Origin: Candidatus Fervidifonticultor sextus
Lineage (GTDB): Bacteria; Sysuimicrobiota; Sysuimicrobiia; Sysuimicrobiales; Humicultoraceae
Reading direction: 5' to 3'
DNA: 64,000 bases
Assembly (NCBI GenBank): GCA_031459875.1
Contig: JAVKHQ010000012.1
Coordinates: forward strand, 1 to 64,000
Part shown: one piece after another, positions 9,404-19,262 of the stretch
Numbering within the stretch: position 1 is the stretch's first letter
Layout: each line of letters starts with the position of its first letter
Position numbers and translations under genes: made by a program
Notes under the pieces: model-generated
What the model was told of the DNA's origin: nothing
Database searches by the model: none
Seen by the model: the letters and a program-made list of their open reading frames with translations, nothing else

Positions 9404-10431
9404 GCCGACAGCGTCTGGACGTGGTGGGCACACCCGAGGACGAGCACCTGTTGCGCAGCCTGCGGCCCCGGACCCTGGACGAGTGCATCGGCCAGACCCG
9501 GGTGATCGAAGGGCTGCGGATCAGCATCGACGCGGCCCGGGGTCGCGGGGAGACGCTGGACCACATCCTGCTCTACGGGCCGCCGGGGCTGGGCAAGACC
9601 ACGCTGGCCACCATCGTGGCCAACGAGATGGGCGTGCAGGTGGTCACGACCAGCGGGCCGGCGCTGGAGCGGGGCGGCGATCTGATGGGCATCCTCACCA
9701 ACCTCAACCCCGGGGATGTGCTGTTCATCGACGAGATCCACCGCCTCTCGCGGGCCATCGAGGAGTTGCTCTACCCGGCCATGGAGGACTTCTGCGTGAA
9801 CTTCGTCATCGACAAGGGGCCGCACGCGCGCACGCTGCGCTACCAGCTGCGGCCGTTCACCCTGGTCGGCGCCACGACCCGGGCGGGCCTGCTCTCCTCG
9901 CCGCTGCGCGAGCGCTTCGGGATCTACCACCACCTGGACTTTTTCACGGTGGACGAACTCACCCAGATCGTCCTCCGCTCGGCGCGGATCCTGGCGGTCG
10001 CCATCGAGACCGCCGGCGCCCAGGAGATCGCGCGCCGCTCCCGCGGCACCCCGCGGATTGCCAACCGGCTGTTGCGCCGCGTGCGGGACTATGCGCAGGT
10101 ACGCGCCGACGGCGCCATCACCCTCGAGGTCGCGCAGGCCGCGCTGGAGTTCGAAGGCGTGGACGTTCTAGGTCTTGACGGCCTCGACCGGGACCTGCTG
10201 CGGACGCTCATCCAGGTCTACGGCGGGGGCCCGGCGGGCGTGGAGGCCCTGGCGGCGTCCCTGCACGAGGACACGGAGACCCTCGAGGAGGTGGTCGAGC
10301 CGTTCCTGCTCAAGGCCGGGCTGATCGCGCGCACGCCCGCCGGCCGGCGGGCGACGGCGCAGGCCTACGCCCACCTGGGACTGGCGCCGCCGGATTCGCC
10401 ACGGACCCAGGGGAGCCTGTGGACGGCCTGA
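9400..10431 (+). CDS. ruvB: Holliday junction branch migration helicase
   Basis: [38 protein letters not shown]. Confidence 0.98.
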   Translation: MSRQRLDVVGTPEDEHLLRSLRPRTLDECIGQTRVIEGLRISIDAARGRGETLDHILLYGPPGLGKTTLATIVANEMGVQVVTTSGPALERGGDLMGILTNLNPGDVLFIDEIHRLSRAIEELLYPAMEDFCVNFVIDKGPHARTLRYQLRPFTLVGATTRAGLLSSPLRERFGIYHHLDFFTVDELTQIVLRSARILAVAIETAGAQEIARRSRGTPRIANRLLRRVRDYAQVRADGAITLEVAQAALEFEGVDVLGLDGLDRDLLRTLIQVYGGGPAGVEALAASLHEDTETLEEVVEPFLLKAGLIARTPAGRRATAQAYAHLGLAPPDSPRTQGSLWTA

Positions 10432-10445
10432 CGGAGGATGTGACG

Positions 10446-10655
10446 GTGACGGAAACCATGGGACGGTTCATCATCCTGAGCGGTGTCGTCCTCATCATCC
10501 TGGGCCTGGTGCTCGAGTTCGCCGGCCGCCTCCCCCGCCTGCCGGGCGACATCGTCATCCAGCGGCCCAGCGTCACGGTCTTCATCCCGATCGGGACGAT
10601 GATCCTGGTCAGCCTGGTGCTGACCATCCTGCTGAACCTCCTGTTCCGCCGGTAG
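10446..10655 (+). CDS. DUF2905 family small membrane protein
   Basis: RLPGDI..FIPIGTMILVSLVLT; usual position after ruvB. Confidence 0.85.
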   Translation: MTETMGRFIILSGVVLIILGLVLEFAGRLPRLPGDIVIQRPSVTVFIPIGTMILVSLVLTILLNLLFRR

Positions 10656-10660
10656 CCGCC

Positions 10661-11797
10661 GTGGCCGCGTTGCGGGCGGCACTCTGCGCGTTCATTGGCC
10701 TCGGGCTCCTGGCGGCCGGACCCGCCGTGCGCGCGCAGTCCCCGGCGAGTGCAGCGGTGCGCGTCGGCCTGCTGCTCGGACAGGAGGCCGTGACCATCGG
10801 GGCCGACGGCCCGGTCGAGGTGGTCGAGCCGGGCCGACGGGAGACGCGCGAGGGGGGCCGCCTCGTCGCGCGTCCCGGTCCAGAGGGGATCGACCTGGAC
10901 GGCACCGCCTACGGCGCCATCATCCGCCTGGCGCCGCACGTTGGATTCCTGCAGGTCAACGGCCGGCCGTACCGGGGCGTCGTGGAGATCCGGCGGACCC
11001 CCGCCGGCCGGCTCACCGTGATCAACGAACTCGACCTGGAAGAGTACCTCTACGGCGTCGTCCGCATGGAGATGGACCCGCGGTGGCCCCCCGAGGCGCT
11101 GCGGGCCCAGGCGGTGGCGGCGCGCTCGCTGGCGGTGGGCAGCAGCCGACGGTTTGCCGCCGAGGGCTACGATGTCCGCGCCACCACCGACTCCCAGGTC
11201 TACGGCGGGGTGGCGGCGGAGGACCCGCGCACGACGGCCGCGGTGGACGCCACCCGGGGCCTGGTGATCTTCTCCGAGGGCCGGCCGGCGTTCGCCGCCT
11301 ACCACACGGACTCCGGCGGGGCCACCGAGAGCAGCGAGTTCGTGTGGGGCAGCATAGTGCCCTACCTGCGCGGCGTCCCCGATCCGCACTCCAGGGATGC
11401 GCCGACCGCCCAGTGGACACTGCGGTTGGAGTTTGCGACCGTCGAGGCGGCGCTGCAGCGCGCAGGCCGGCCGCTGGTCGGGCTGCAGCGGGTGGAGGTC
11501 GCCAGCACCAGCCCCTCAGGACGCGTGATGACGCTGCGCCTGACCGCCCAGTCCGGCAGCGCGGAGATCCGCGGCACAGACTTCCGGACCGCGGTGGGCG
11601 TCGGGGTCGTGCGCAGCACGCTCTTTGCGGTGCGGCCGCTGCCCGGCGAGGCCGCCGTCGAACTGGTCGGCCGCGGCTCGGGCCACGGGGTCGGCATGAG
11701 TCAGTGGGGGGCCCGCGGCCAGGCGCTGGCCGGCAGGGACTACACGGAGATCCTCCGGTACTACTACACGGGGGTGAGCATCGGCCCCCGGCCGTGA
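10661..11797 (+). CDS. SpoIID/LytB domain protein
   Basis: LEEYLYGVVRME, EALRAQAVAARS, SQVYGG, GHGVGMSQWGA. Confidence 0.93.
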   Translation: MAALRAALCAFIGLGLLAAGPAVRAQSPASAAVRVGLLLGQEAVTIGADGPVEVVEPGRRETREGGRLVARPGPEGIDLDGTAYGAIIRLAPHVGFLQVNGRPYRGVVEIRRTPAGRLTVINELDLEEYLYGVVRMEMDPRWPPEALRAQAVAARSLAVGSSRRFAAEGYDVRATTDSQVYGGVAAEDPRTTAAVDATRGLVIFSEGRPAFAAYHTDSGGATESSEFVWGSIVPYLRGVPDPHSRDAPTAQWTLRLEFATVEAALQRAGRPLVGLQRVEVASTSPSGRVMTLRLTAQSGSAEIRGTDFRTAVGVGVVRSTLFAVRPLPGEAAVELVGRGSGHGVGMSQWGARGQALAGRDYTEILRYYYTGVSIGPRP

Positions 11798-11811
11798 TGT
11801 TCCCGGCCCTC

Positions 11812-12828
11812 ATGTCCCTGGCGGAGTTCGACTACACCCTCCCGCCTGACCTCATCGCGCAGGAACCGGCTTCGCCGCGCGATGCCTCGCGGCTGCTGGT
11901 GGTCGACCGCGCGACCGGCCGTCTGACCCACCGGATCTTCCGGGAGATCGGCGACTACCTGCGCCCGGGCGACGTGCTGGTCCTCAACGACACGCGGGTG
12001 ATGCCCGCGCGGCTGCGCGGCCGCCGCACCCCGAGCGGTGGCGCGGTGGAGCTGTTGATGGTGCGGCCCGCGGCCGCCGGCGCCTGGGAGGCCCTCGTCC
12101 GGCCGGGGCGGAGGCTCCCCCCCGGATCCGTGGTGGAGGTGGGCCCGCATGCCGTGCGCCTGGAGATCGGCGAGCGGCTTCCCGACGGCCGGCGGCTGGT
12201 GCGCCTGCAGGACGGGGGCGAGATTCTGGACCTGCTGCATCGGACCGGGGAGGTGCCGTTGCCGCCGTACATTCGCGCCCCCATCGGGGATCGCGAGCGC
12301 TACCAGACGGTGTATGCGCGTCATGAGGGGGCGGTCGCCGCGCCCACGGCCGGCCTGCACTTCACCCCGGAGTTGCTCGAGCGCCTGCGCGGGCAGGGCG
12401 TGCAGATCGTGACCCTGACACTCCACGTGGGTCCGGGGACCTTCCGGCCGATCGTCGCCGACGACATCGCCGGTCACCGGATGGACCCGGAGCCCTACGC
12501 GATCTCCCCGGAGGCTGCGGGAACCATCGCCCGGAGGCGGGGCCGCCTGGTGGCCGTCGGGACCACGGTGGTCCGCGCGCTGGAGAGCGCGATCGGCCCC
12601 GACGGCCGCGTGCGGTCCGGGCAGGGGTGGACGGACCTGTTCATCGCGCCGGGGTATGCCTTTCGGGGGACGGAGATCCTGGTGACGAACTTTCACCTGC
12701 CGAAGACGACGCTGCTGTTGCTGGTCTGCGCCTTCGCCGGACGCGAGCTGGTCCTGCGCGCCTACCACGAGGCGATCCGCGAGCGCTACCGATTCTACAG
12801 TTTCGGCGACGCGATGCTGATCCTGTAG
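11812..12828 (+). CDS. queA: S-adenosylmethionine:tRNA ribosyltransferase-isomerase
   Basis: FDYTLP..LIAQEP, PLPPYI, AAPTAGLHF, TNFHLP, FYSFGDAM. Confidence 0.97.
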   Translation: MSLAEFDYTLPPDLIAQEPASPRDASRLLVVDRATGRLTHRIFREIGDYLRPGDVLVLNDTRVMPARLRGRRTPSGGAVELLMVRPAAAGAWEALVRPGRRLPPGSVVEVGPHAVRLEIGERLPDGRRLVRLQDGGEILDLLHRTGEVPLPPYIRAPIGDRERYQTVYARHEGAVAAPTAGLHFTPELLERLRGQGVQIVTLTLHVGPGTFRPIVADDIAGHRMDPEPYAISPEAAGTIARRRGRLVAVGTTVVRALESAIGPDGRVRSGQGWTDLFIAPGYAFRGTEILVTNFHLPKTTLLLLVCAFAGRELVLRAYHEAIRERYRFYSFGDAMLIL

Positions 12829-12889
12829 GCCGAACACACGGGAGGACCCGGTAGCGGGGCGCACCGGGGCCTCCAGTCGCCGCCTGGCG

Positions 12890-13486
12890 CTACGCCGCCA
12901 GCGGCAGCATCTCGATCTTCGTCCCCAGCACCTCCAGGAACTTCGCGAGCCACTCGGGGTGGGCCGGCCAGGCGGGCGCGGTGACCAGCCGGCCGTCCGC
13001 GTGCGCCCGATCCACCGGGACCTCGACAAACGTGGCCCCGGCGCGCCGCACCTCCGGCGCCACGGCGGGATATGCCGAGACCGACTTCCCCTCGAGCACG
13101 CCGGCGGCCGCCAGGACCTGCGGACCGTGGCAGATGGCGGCGATGGGCTTGTCCGCCTCGGCGAAGTGCCGGACGATCTTCAGGACGTCCTCGTGCAACC
13201 GGATATACTCCGGGGCGCGCCCGCCCGGGATCACCAGGGCGTCGTAGTCTTCAGCCCTGATCTCGGCGAAGGTGGCGTTCAACGTGAAGGCGTGCCCGGG
13301 TTTCTCGCTGTAGGTCTGATCCCCTTCGAAATCGTGGATGGCCGTGCGCACCTTCTCCCCGGCCTTCTTGCCGGGACAGACCGCATGGACGGTGTGGCCC
13401 ACCATGGTGAGGGCCTGGAAGGGAACCATCACCTCGTAGTCCTCCACGAAGTCCCCCACAAGCATCAAGATCTTCCTGCCGGTCAT
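12890..13486 (-). CDS. DJ-1/PfpI family protein
   Basis: [40 protein letters not shown]. Confidence 0.93.
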   Translation of the reverse strand: MTGRKILMLVGDFVEDYEVMVPFQALTMVGHTVHAVCPGKKAGEKVRTAIHDFEGDQTYSEKPGHAFTLNATFAEIRAEDYDALVIPGGRAPEYIRLHEDVLKIVRHFAEADKPIAAICHGPQVLAAAGVLEGKSVSAYPAVAPEVRRAGATFVEVPVDRAHADGRLVTAPAWPAHPEWLAKFLEVLGTKIEMLPLAA

Positions 13487-13615
13487 GGCGACCCTCCTTT
13501 TCGCGGGCAGGTCCGCCGAGGTGTTGTAAGGTGGTGGGTCCTGCACAGTGAGTGTATGCTGGGCTGGGGCGCGCGGCTATCGGGGGCAAACCTGATTTCC
13601 GGGAGGGGTCCGGCC

Positions 13616-14314
13616 TCAGGGCTCCACGCGTGTCCAGCCGCGGGCGACCGGACTCCAGGCGGCGAGCGGACGGCCCAGGTGGTCCTGCTCGGTGACGGTG
13701 TAGCCCGCGGCCTGGAGCCGGCGCCGGGCCTCCGCGTAGTAGCGATAGTCGATCTGCCAGGCGCCGCGCCGCAGCGGGTTCTGGTAGGCTCCCAGCCCGC
13801 CCAACAGTTTCTTGAGGTTCTCGTGCTCGGCCGGATCGCCGCGGATCTCCACGCTCTGGTTGAGGGTGCCGTACGCCTCCAGCACAGGCCTCTGGGGAGG
13901 CGTGGCGGGCCGGCCGCCGGGGTTGATGGACGAGACCGGGACGTCGAAGCCTGCGGCCGCCGGCTTCGCCGGAGCGGGCCTGGTTGGCGCGGCGGCCGGG
14001 GTGGCGCCGCCTGCGCGGGCCGCCCGCAGCGCTTCGGCCCTGGCCCGGATCTGGGCCAGTTTCTCCTCGCGGGACAGCTCTGCGCCTTCCTCCGTCTTGC
14101 CGGCAGATTCGGGTGTGGCCGCCGGGGAGGCGACGACTGTCGCGGCGTCCCCGGGGGAGGCGGCCCGTGCGGCCGTCTCGGCAGGCGCCGAGGGGGCCGC
14201 CGGCGTCGCTGGGGCCGAGGCCGCCGGGCTGCCTTCGGCCCTGGCCTTCCGCAACGCCTCGACCCGGGCGCGGATCTCGGCCAGTTTCTCCTCGCGGGAC
14301 TTCTCCTCGCTCAT
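13616..14314 (-). CDS. Hypothetical protein with duplicated N-terminal helix and unknown C-terminal domain
   Basis: GGAGG RBS and own promoter; two SREEKLAxIRARxEALRxARAxG repeats. Confidence 0.8.
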   Translation of the reverse strand: MSEEKSREEKLAEIRARVEALRKARAEGSPAASAPATPAAPSAPAETAARAASPGDAATVVASPAATPESAGKTEEGAELSREEKLAQIRARAEALRAARAGGATPAAAPTRPAPAKPAAAGFDVPVSSINPGGRPATPPQRPVLEAYGTLNQSVEIRGDPAEHENLKKLLGGLGAYQNPLRRGAWQIDYRYYAEARRRLQAAGYTVTEQDHLGRPLAAWSPVARGWTRVEP

Positions 14315-14343
14315 GCCGTCCTCCAGCCCCGACGTTCGGCGCC

Positions 14344-14372
14344 ATTTTACACGGCGGGCTACCCGCGGGCAA
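14344..14372 (-). promoter_or_regulatory. Putative sigma70 promoter
   Basis: TTGCCC-N17-TAAAAT, 30 nt upstream of ATG 14314. Confidence 0.55.
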
Positions 14373-14442
14373 CCACGGCAGGCGGCGTGGAGGAAATCCC
14401 GCGCGGCGACAGGAACTTGGCTGGCACCGTGGGGAGGGAGGT

Positions 14443-15723
14443 GTGAGGAGTCGGGAGCAGCCGGCGCCGACCGTGGCGCCCCGGGCCGACCCGTGGGAGA
14501 TGGCCCTGCGCCAGTTTTCCCAGGTGGCCCGGCGCCTGGGGTTGTCCGATGGCCTCCAGGCCTACCTCGCAGCGCCCGAGCGCGAACTCACCACGCACTT
14601 CCCGGTCAGGATGGACGACGGCTCGACGCGGCTGTTCACCGGCTACCGCGTCCACCACAGCCTGGTGCTGGGGCCGGCCAAGGGCGGGATCCGCTACCAC
14701 CAGGACGTCACCCTCAACGAGGTGCGGGCCCTGGCCATGTGGATGACCTGGAAGTGCGCGCTGATGGGCCTGCCCTATGGCGGTGGCAAAGGCGGCGTGG
14801 CCCTGGACCCGAAGACCCTCTCGGAGGCGGAACTGGAACGCCTGACGCGGCGCTACGCCTCGGAGATCAGCGTGCTGCTGGGGCCTTACGGCGACATCCC
14901 GGCTCCTGACGTCGGGACGAACGCCCAGGTCATGTCCTGGATCATGGACACCTTCAGCATGCACCGCGGGAAGGCGGTGGCTGCGGTCACCACCGGCAAG
15001 CCGGTGCCGATCGGGGGGTCGGTGGGCCGCCGGGAAGCCACCGGCCGCGGGCTCATGTTCGCCGCTCGAGCCCTGGCGCGGCTGCTGGGGCTGCCGTGGC
15101 GGGGCGCCCGGGTGGCCGTCCAGGGGTTCGGGAACGTGGGATCGGTGGCTGCCCGCCTGATGTGGGACGAAGGCTGCACGGTGGTGGCGGCCAGCGACGT
15201 CTACGGGGGGATCTACCATCCCGCCGGGCTGGACCTCCCGGCGCTGGAGCGGCACGTGGCCGCCACCGGCTCGGTGGGGGGATTCCCGGGCGCGGAGCCG
15301 GTGGCCAACCGCGATCTGCTGGAACTGCCCTGCACCTACCTGGTCCCGGCGGCCCTCGAGGGCCAGATCACGGCGGAGAACGCGTCCCGGATCCAGGCCC
15401 AAGCGATCATCGAGGGTGCCAACGGGCCCACGACGCCCGAGGCCGACGCGATCCTGGAGGCCCGCGGGGTGACAGTGCTGCCCGACATCCTGGCCAACAG
15501 CGGCGGCGTCGTCGTCTCGTACTTCGAGTGGGTCCAGGACCTCCAGATGGTCTTCTGGTCCGAGGAGGAGATCAACCGGCGCCTGGAGCGGATCATGGTG
15601 CGCACCGTGGACGAGGTCGTCGGGCTCGCGCGCGCGGAGGGCATCTCGCTGCGGCTGGCCGCGCTGCAGCGGGCCGTCGGCCGCGTGGCCGGGGCCCTGA
15701 GGGTCCGGGGGCTCTATCCGTAG
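14443..15723 (+). CDS. gdhA: Glu/Leu/Phe/Val dehydrogenase (glutamate dehydrogenase)
   Basis: GPAKGGIRY, GGGKGG, DIPAPDVGT, GFGNVG, EGANGP. Confidence 0.93.
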   Translation: MRSREQPAPTVAPRADPWEMALRQFSQVARRLGLSDGLQAYLAAPERELTTHFPVRMDDGSTRLFTGYRVHHSLVLGPAKGGIRYHQDVTLNEVRALAMWMTWKCALMGLPYGGGKGGVALDPKTLSEAELERLTRRYASEISVLLGPYGDIPAPDVGTNAQVMSWIMDTFSMHRGKAVAAVTTGKPVPIGGSVGRREATGRGLMFAARALARLLGLPWRGARVAVQGFGNVGSVAARLMWDEGCTVVAASDVYGGIYHPAGLDLPALERHVAATGSVGGFPGAEPVANRDLLELPCTYLVPAALEGQITAENASRIQAQAIIEGANGPTTPEADAILEARGVTVLPDILANSGGVVVSYFEWVQDLQMVFWSEEEINRRLERIMVRTVDEVVGLARAEGISLRLAALQRAVGRVAGALRVRGLYP

Positions 15724-15737
15724 CCGTCATCGCGCCC

Positions 15738-16850
15738 ATGCGCTTCGAACTCCTCCACCAGGCCCCGCGCGGCCGCGCGCGCCTGGGCCGACTGCACACC
15801 GCCCGCGGGGTCGTGGACACTCCGGCCTTCATGCCGGTGGGGACCAACGCCACGGTGAAGGCACTGCTCCCCGAAGAGGTGGCGGCCACCGGGGCCCGGA
15901 TGATCCTAGCCAACGCCTTCCACCTGTACCTGCGACCGGGGGTCGAGGTCATCGCCGCGTCGGGGGGGTTGCACGCATTCATGGGCTGGTCCGGGCCGAT
16001 CCTCACCGACAGCGGCGGCTACCAGGTCTTCAGCCTGGCGCCCATGCGGCAGATCGACGAGGACGGCGTCACGTTCCGCTCCCCCTTCGACGGGTCGGTC
16101 CACCGCTTTACTCCTGAGGGTATCATCGAGATCCAGCGCGACCTGGGCGCGGACATCGTGATGCCCCTGGACGTGTGCCTGGGCTACCCCCACGAGCCGG
16201 CGCAGGCCAGGGAGGCGCTCGACCGCACACTGGCCTGGGCCGAGCGCGCCCGTGCCCACCACGCGCGGGTGGGGGGCGGAACGCTCTTCGGGATCATTCA
16301 GGGAGGCGCGGAGGCGGCGCTGCGGGTGGCGGCGGCGAAGCGGATCGCCGCGCTGGGCTTCCCCGGGTTCGCGCTGGGGGGGCTCTCGGTCGGCGAGCCC
16401 CCGGAGGTGAGCCGTGCCCTCATCGAGGTGGTGGTGGACGAACTCCCCCCGGAACGGCCGCGCTATCTGATGGGGGTCGGCGCCCCGCCGGCCGTGCTGG
16501 AGGGCATCGCCCGCGGAATTGACCTCTTCGACTGCGCGCTCCCCACGCGGGTGGCGCGGACCGGGGTGCTCCTGACCCGGGCCGGCCGGCTGAACCTCCG
16601 CAACGCCCGCTACCGCGCCGACCGCTCGCCGCCCGATCCCGCCTGTGGCTGCCGGGTGTGCGCCACGACCACCCGGGCCTACCTGCGGCACCTGTTCCAC
16701 GCCGACGAGATGCTGGGTCCGCGGCTGGCGACCTATCACAACCTCTGGTTCATGGGACGGTTGCTCGAGGAGGCCCGGGCGGCCATCGGCGACGACCGGT
16801 ATGCGGCGTGGATGGCAGAGGTCCTGGGCGCCTATGCGACGCCGTGGTGA
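15738..16850 (+). CDS. tgt: tRNA-guanine transglycosylase
   Basis: TPAFMPVGT, TDSGGYQ, GGLSVGE, YLMGVG, Zn motif CGCRVC. Confidence 0.97.
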   Translation: MRFELLHQAPRGRARLGRLHTARGVVDTPAFMPVGTNATVKALLPEEVAATGARMILANAFHLYLRPGVEVIAASGGLHAFMGWSGPILTDSGGYQVFSLAPMRQIDEDGVTFRSPFDGSVHRFTPEGIIEIQRDLGADIVMPLDVCLGYPHEPAQAREALDRTLAWAERARAHHARVGGGTLFGIIQGGAEAALRVAAAKRIAALGFPGFALGGLSVGEPPEVSRALIEVVVDELPPERPRYLMGVGAPPAVLEGIARGIDLFDCALPTRVARTGVLLTRAGRLNLRNARYRADRSPPDPACGCRVCATTTRAYLRHLFHADEMLGPRLATYHNLWFMGRLLEEARAAIGDDRYAAWMAEVLGAYATPW

Positions 16851-16912
16851 GGAGGAGATGGCCAGCCGCGGTGGAACCTGTTGCGTGGTCGTGGTGAACA
16901 GGGGGACGGGCG

Positions 16913-17197
16913 ATGCCGGCTCAGCAGGCGCAGCAGTATTACGTGGTCTTCTTCTGGATCTTGATCTTCGCCGTCTTCTACTTCCTCATGATCAGGCCAC
17001 AACGGATTCAGCAGCGCAAACGCCGCGAGATGCTGGAGGGTCTGCGGCGGGGGGACCGGGTGGTCACCATCGGCGGGCTGCACGCCACCATCGCCGATAT
17101 CAAGGATGATATCCTGACCCTGGACCTGGCTCCCAACCTCCGCGTGAAGGCGGACCGGGGGGCCGTGAGCTACGTCCGCTCGAAGGGAGAGGAGTGA
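16913..17197 (+). CDS. yajC: Preprotein translocase subunit YajC
   Basis: FYFLMIRPQ, GDRVVTIGG. Confidence 0.93.
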   Translation: MPAQQAQQYYVVFFWILIFAVFYFLMIRPQRIQQRKRREMLEGLRRGDRVVTIGGLHATIADIKDDILTLDLAPNLRVKADRGAVSYVRSKGEE

Positions 17198-17880
17198 CCG
17201 TCAAGGAGGCCGCCGCGCCGATCCCAACCCTGGAGGACGTCAAGCGCGACCCCGAGGTCGAGGCATTCCTCAGCAAGGCCAACGAGTACACGGGCGTCAT
17301 CGGCTACACCGAGCACGGCCACCGGCACGCCAACCTGTGCGCCAGCATCGCCGCCAACGTGGCCCGGCGCCTGGGGTACGACGAGCGCACCGTCCAGCTC
17401 GCCGCCATCGCGGCCTACCTCCACGACATCGGCAACCTGGTCAGCCGCCTCAACCACGAGCACGTGGGCGCCCTGCTGGCGGACGGCATCCTGGCGCGGC
17501 TGGGCATGCCGCCCGATGAGCGCGCCATCGTCATGGGCGCCATTGGCAACCACGAGGAGAAGCACGGGGAGGCGGTTAGCGCCGTGGGCGCCGCGGTCAT
17601 TCTGGCCGACAAGTCCGATGTCCACCGCACCCGCGTGCGCAACCCCGACCGCGCCACCTTCGACATCCACGACCGGGTGAACTATGCGGTCGAGCACTCG
17701 TTCCTCCGCGTGGACGAAAAAAGCAAGACGGTTACCCTGGAGCTCACCATCGACACGGCCATGTCCCAGGTCATGGAGTACTTCGAGATCTTCCTCGACC
17801 GCATGCTCATGTGCCGGCGCGCGGCGGAATTCCTGGGGTGCGGGTTCAAACTGCAGATCAACGGCGTGAAGTTGCTCTAG
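17194..17880 (+). CDS. HD-domain phosphohydrolase
   Basis: HGHRH, YLHDIG, GNHEE, ADKSD. Confidence 0.9.
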   Translation: MTVKEAAAPIPTLEDVKRDPEVEAFLSKANEYTGVIGYTEHGHRHANLCASIAANVARRLGYDERTVQLAAIAAYLHDIGNLVSRLNHEHVGALLADGILARLGMPPDERAIVMGAIGNHEEKHGEAVSAVGAAVILADKSDVHRTRVRNPDRATFDIHDRVNYAVEHSFLRVDEKSKTVTLELTIDTAMSQVMEYFEIFLDRMLMCRRAAEFLGCGFKLQINGVKLL

Positions 17881-17889
17881 TCCTGCCTC

Positions 17890-18600
17890 GTGCGCTCGCT
17901 GGTCCTGCTCCCCCTCTACAACGAGGCGCCGACGGTCGGCCGGGTCCTCGACCAGGTGCGCCGGCATGCGCCCCACTGCGAGATCCTGGTGGTGGACGAC
18001 GGCTCCACCGACGGCTCGCCCGAGGTCCTGCGGGCCTATCCTGAGATCACCGTCGTGACCCATGCCCAGAACGAGGGGTACGGGCAGTCGCTCATCGACG
18101 GGTTCGCCTACGGCCTGGCCCACGGCTACGACGCCGTGGTCACGCTGGACTGTGACGAGCAGCACGAGCCGCGCCAGATCCCGCAGTTCTTGGCCGCGCT
18201 GGAGGGGGCCGACATCGTCTCGGGCAGCCGCTACCTGGACCCCGGCCTGGGGGGCGATCCGCCGCCGCCGGACCGCCGCCGGCTCAACGAGGAGATCACG
18301 GCCAGGCTGAGGGCGCTGGTCGGCTACCCCATCACCGACGCCTTCTGCGGGTTCAAGGCCTACCGCGCCGGCGCGCTGCGGCGGCTCCACCTGACCGAGC
18401 CATCCTACGGGCTGCCGCTCCAGGTCTGGGTGCAGGCCGCGGCGGCGGGGCTGCGGGTCGTCGAGGTGCCGACCCCCCGCATCTACAAGAACCCCCAGCG
18501 CCGCTTCTGGGGCGGGCTGGACGACGTGGAGGTCCGGCGGCGATACTACGAAGAGGTGATGGAGCGAGAGGTGGCCCGGTGGCGTCCATCCTGGCGATAG
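17890..18600 (+). CDS. GT2 family glycosyltransferase (DPM1-like)
   Basis: PLYNE, VDDGSTDG, DCD, GSRY, DAFCGFKAY. Confidence 0.9.
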   Translation: MRSLVLLPLYNEAPTVGRVLDQVRRHAPHCEILVVDDGSTDGSPEVLRAYPEITVVTHAQNEGYGQSLIDGFAYGLAHGYDAVVTLDCDEQHEPRQIPQFLAALEGADIVSGSRYLDPGLGGDPPPPDRRRLNEEITARLRALVGYPITDAFCGFKAYRAGALRRLHLTEPSYGLPLQVWVQAAAAGLRVVEVPTPRIYKNPQRRFWGGLDDVEVRRRYYEEVMEREVARWRPSWR

Positions 18601-19262
18601 GCCCTCACCCCGACGACGTGGAGATCGCCATGGGGGGGACCGTCTGCCTGCTGCTGGCCCAGGGGCACCAGGTGACCGTCTGCGACCTGACCAACGGCGA
18701 GCCCACCCCGATGGGAACCCCGCAGCGCCGCGCGGCCGAGGCCGCGGCGGCCGCGCGGCTCTTGGGCATCTCCCGCCGCATCACCCTGGACCTGCCCAAC
18801 CGCGCGCTGGAACACACCCTGGAAGCCCGGCGCCGGGTCGCCGAGGTGATCCGCGAGGTGCGGCCCGATGCGCTCTTCGTGCCCTACTGGGTGGACGCGC
18901 ATCCCGACCACGTGGCGGCCTGCTCGATCGCCGAGGCCGCCCGGTTCTGGGCCAAGCTGACCAAGACCGACATGCGCGGCGAGCCGCACTACCCCCGGCG
19001 CGTCTACCACTTCTTCAGCACCCACTACGCTCTGCATGTCAGGCCGTCGTTCATCGTAGACATCTCCCCCTACATGGAGACGAAGATGGCGGCGGTGGCG
19101 GCGTACGCGTCTCAGTTCAGTGCCGCCCGGGGCACCGCGTGGATCCTGGACGAGATCCGGGATGTCGGCCGCTACTTCGGGCGGCTCATCGCGCGCGACT
19201 ACGGCGAACCGTTCGTCTGCCGGGAGGAGATCGGCGTGGTGCGGTGGGACGGCCTGATCTGA
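18579..19262 (+). CDS. PIG-L/BshB1-like N-acetylhexosamine deacetylase
   Basis: PHPDDVE, HPDH, AYASQF. Confidence 0.88.
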   Translation: MASILAIGPHPDDVEIAMGGTVCLLLAQGHQVTVCDLTNGEPTPMGTPQRRAAEAAAAARLLGISRRITLDLPNRALEHTLEARRRVAEVIREVRPDALFVPYWVDAHPDHVAACSIAEAARFWAKLTKTDMRGEPHYPRRVYHFFSTHYALHVRPSFIVDISPYMETKMAAVAAYASQFSAARGTAWILDEIRDVGRYFGRLIARDYGEPFVCREEIGVVRWDGLI

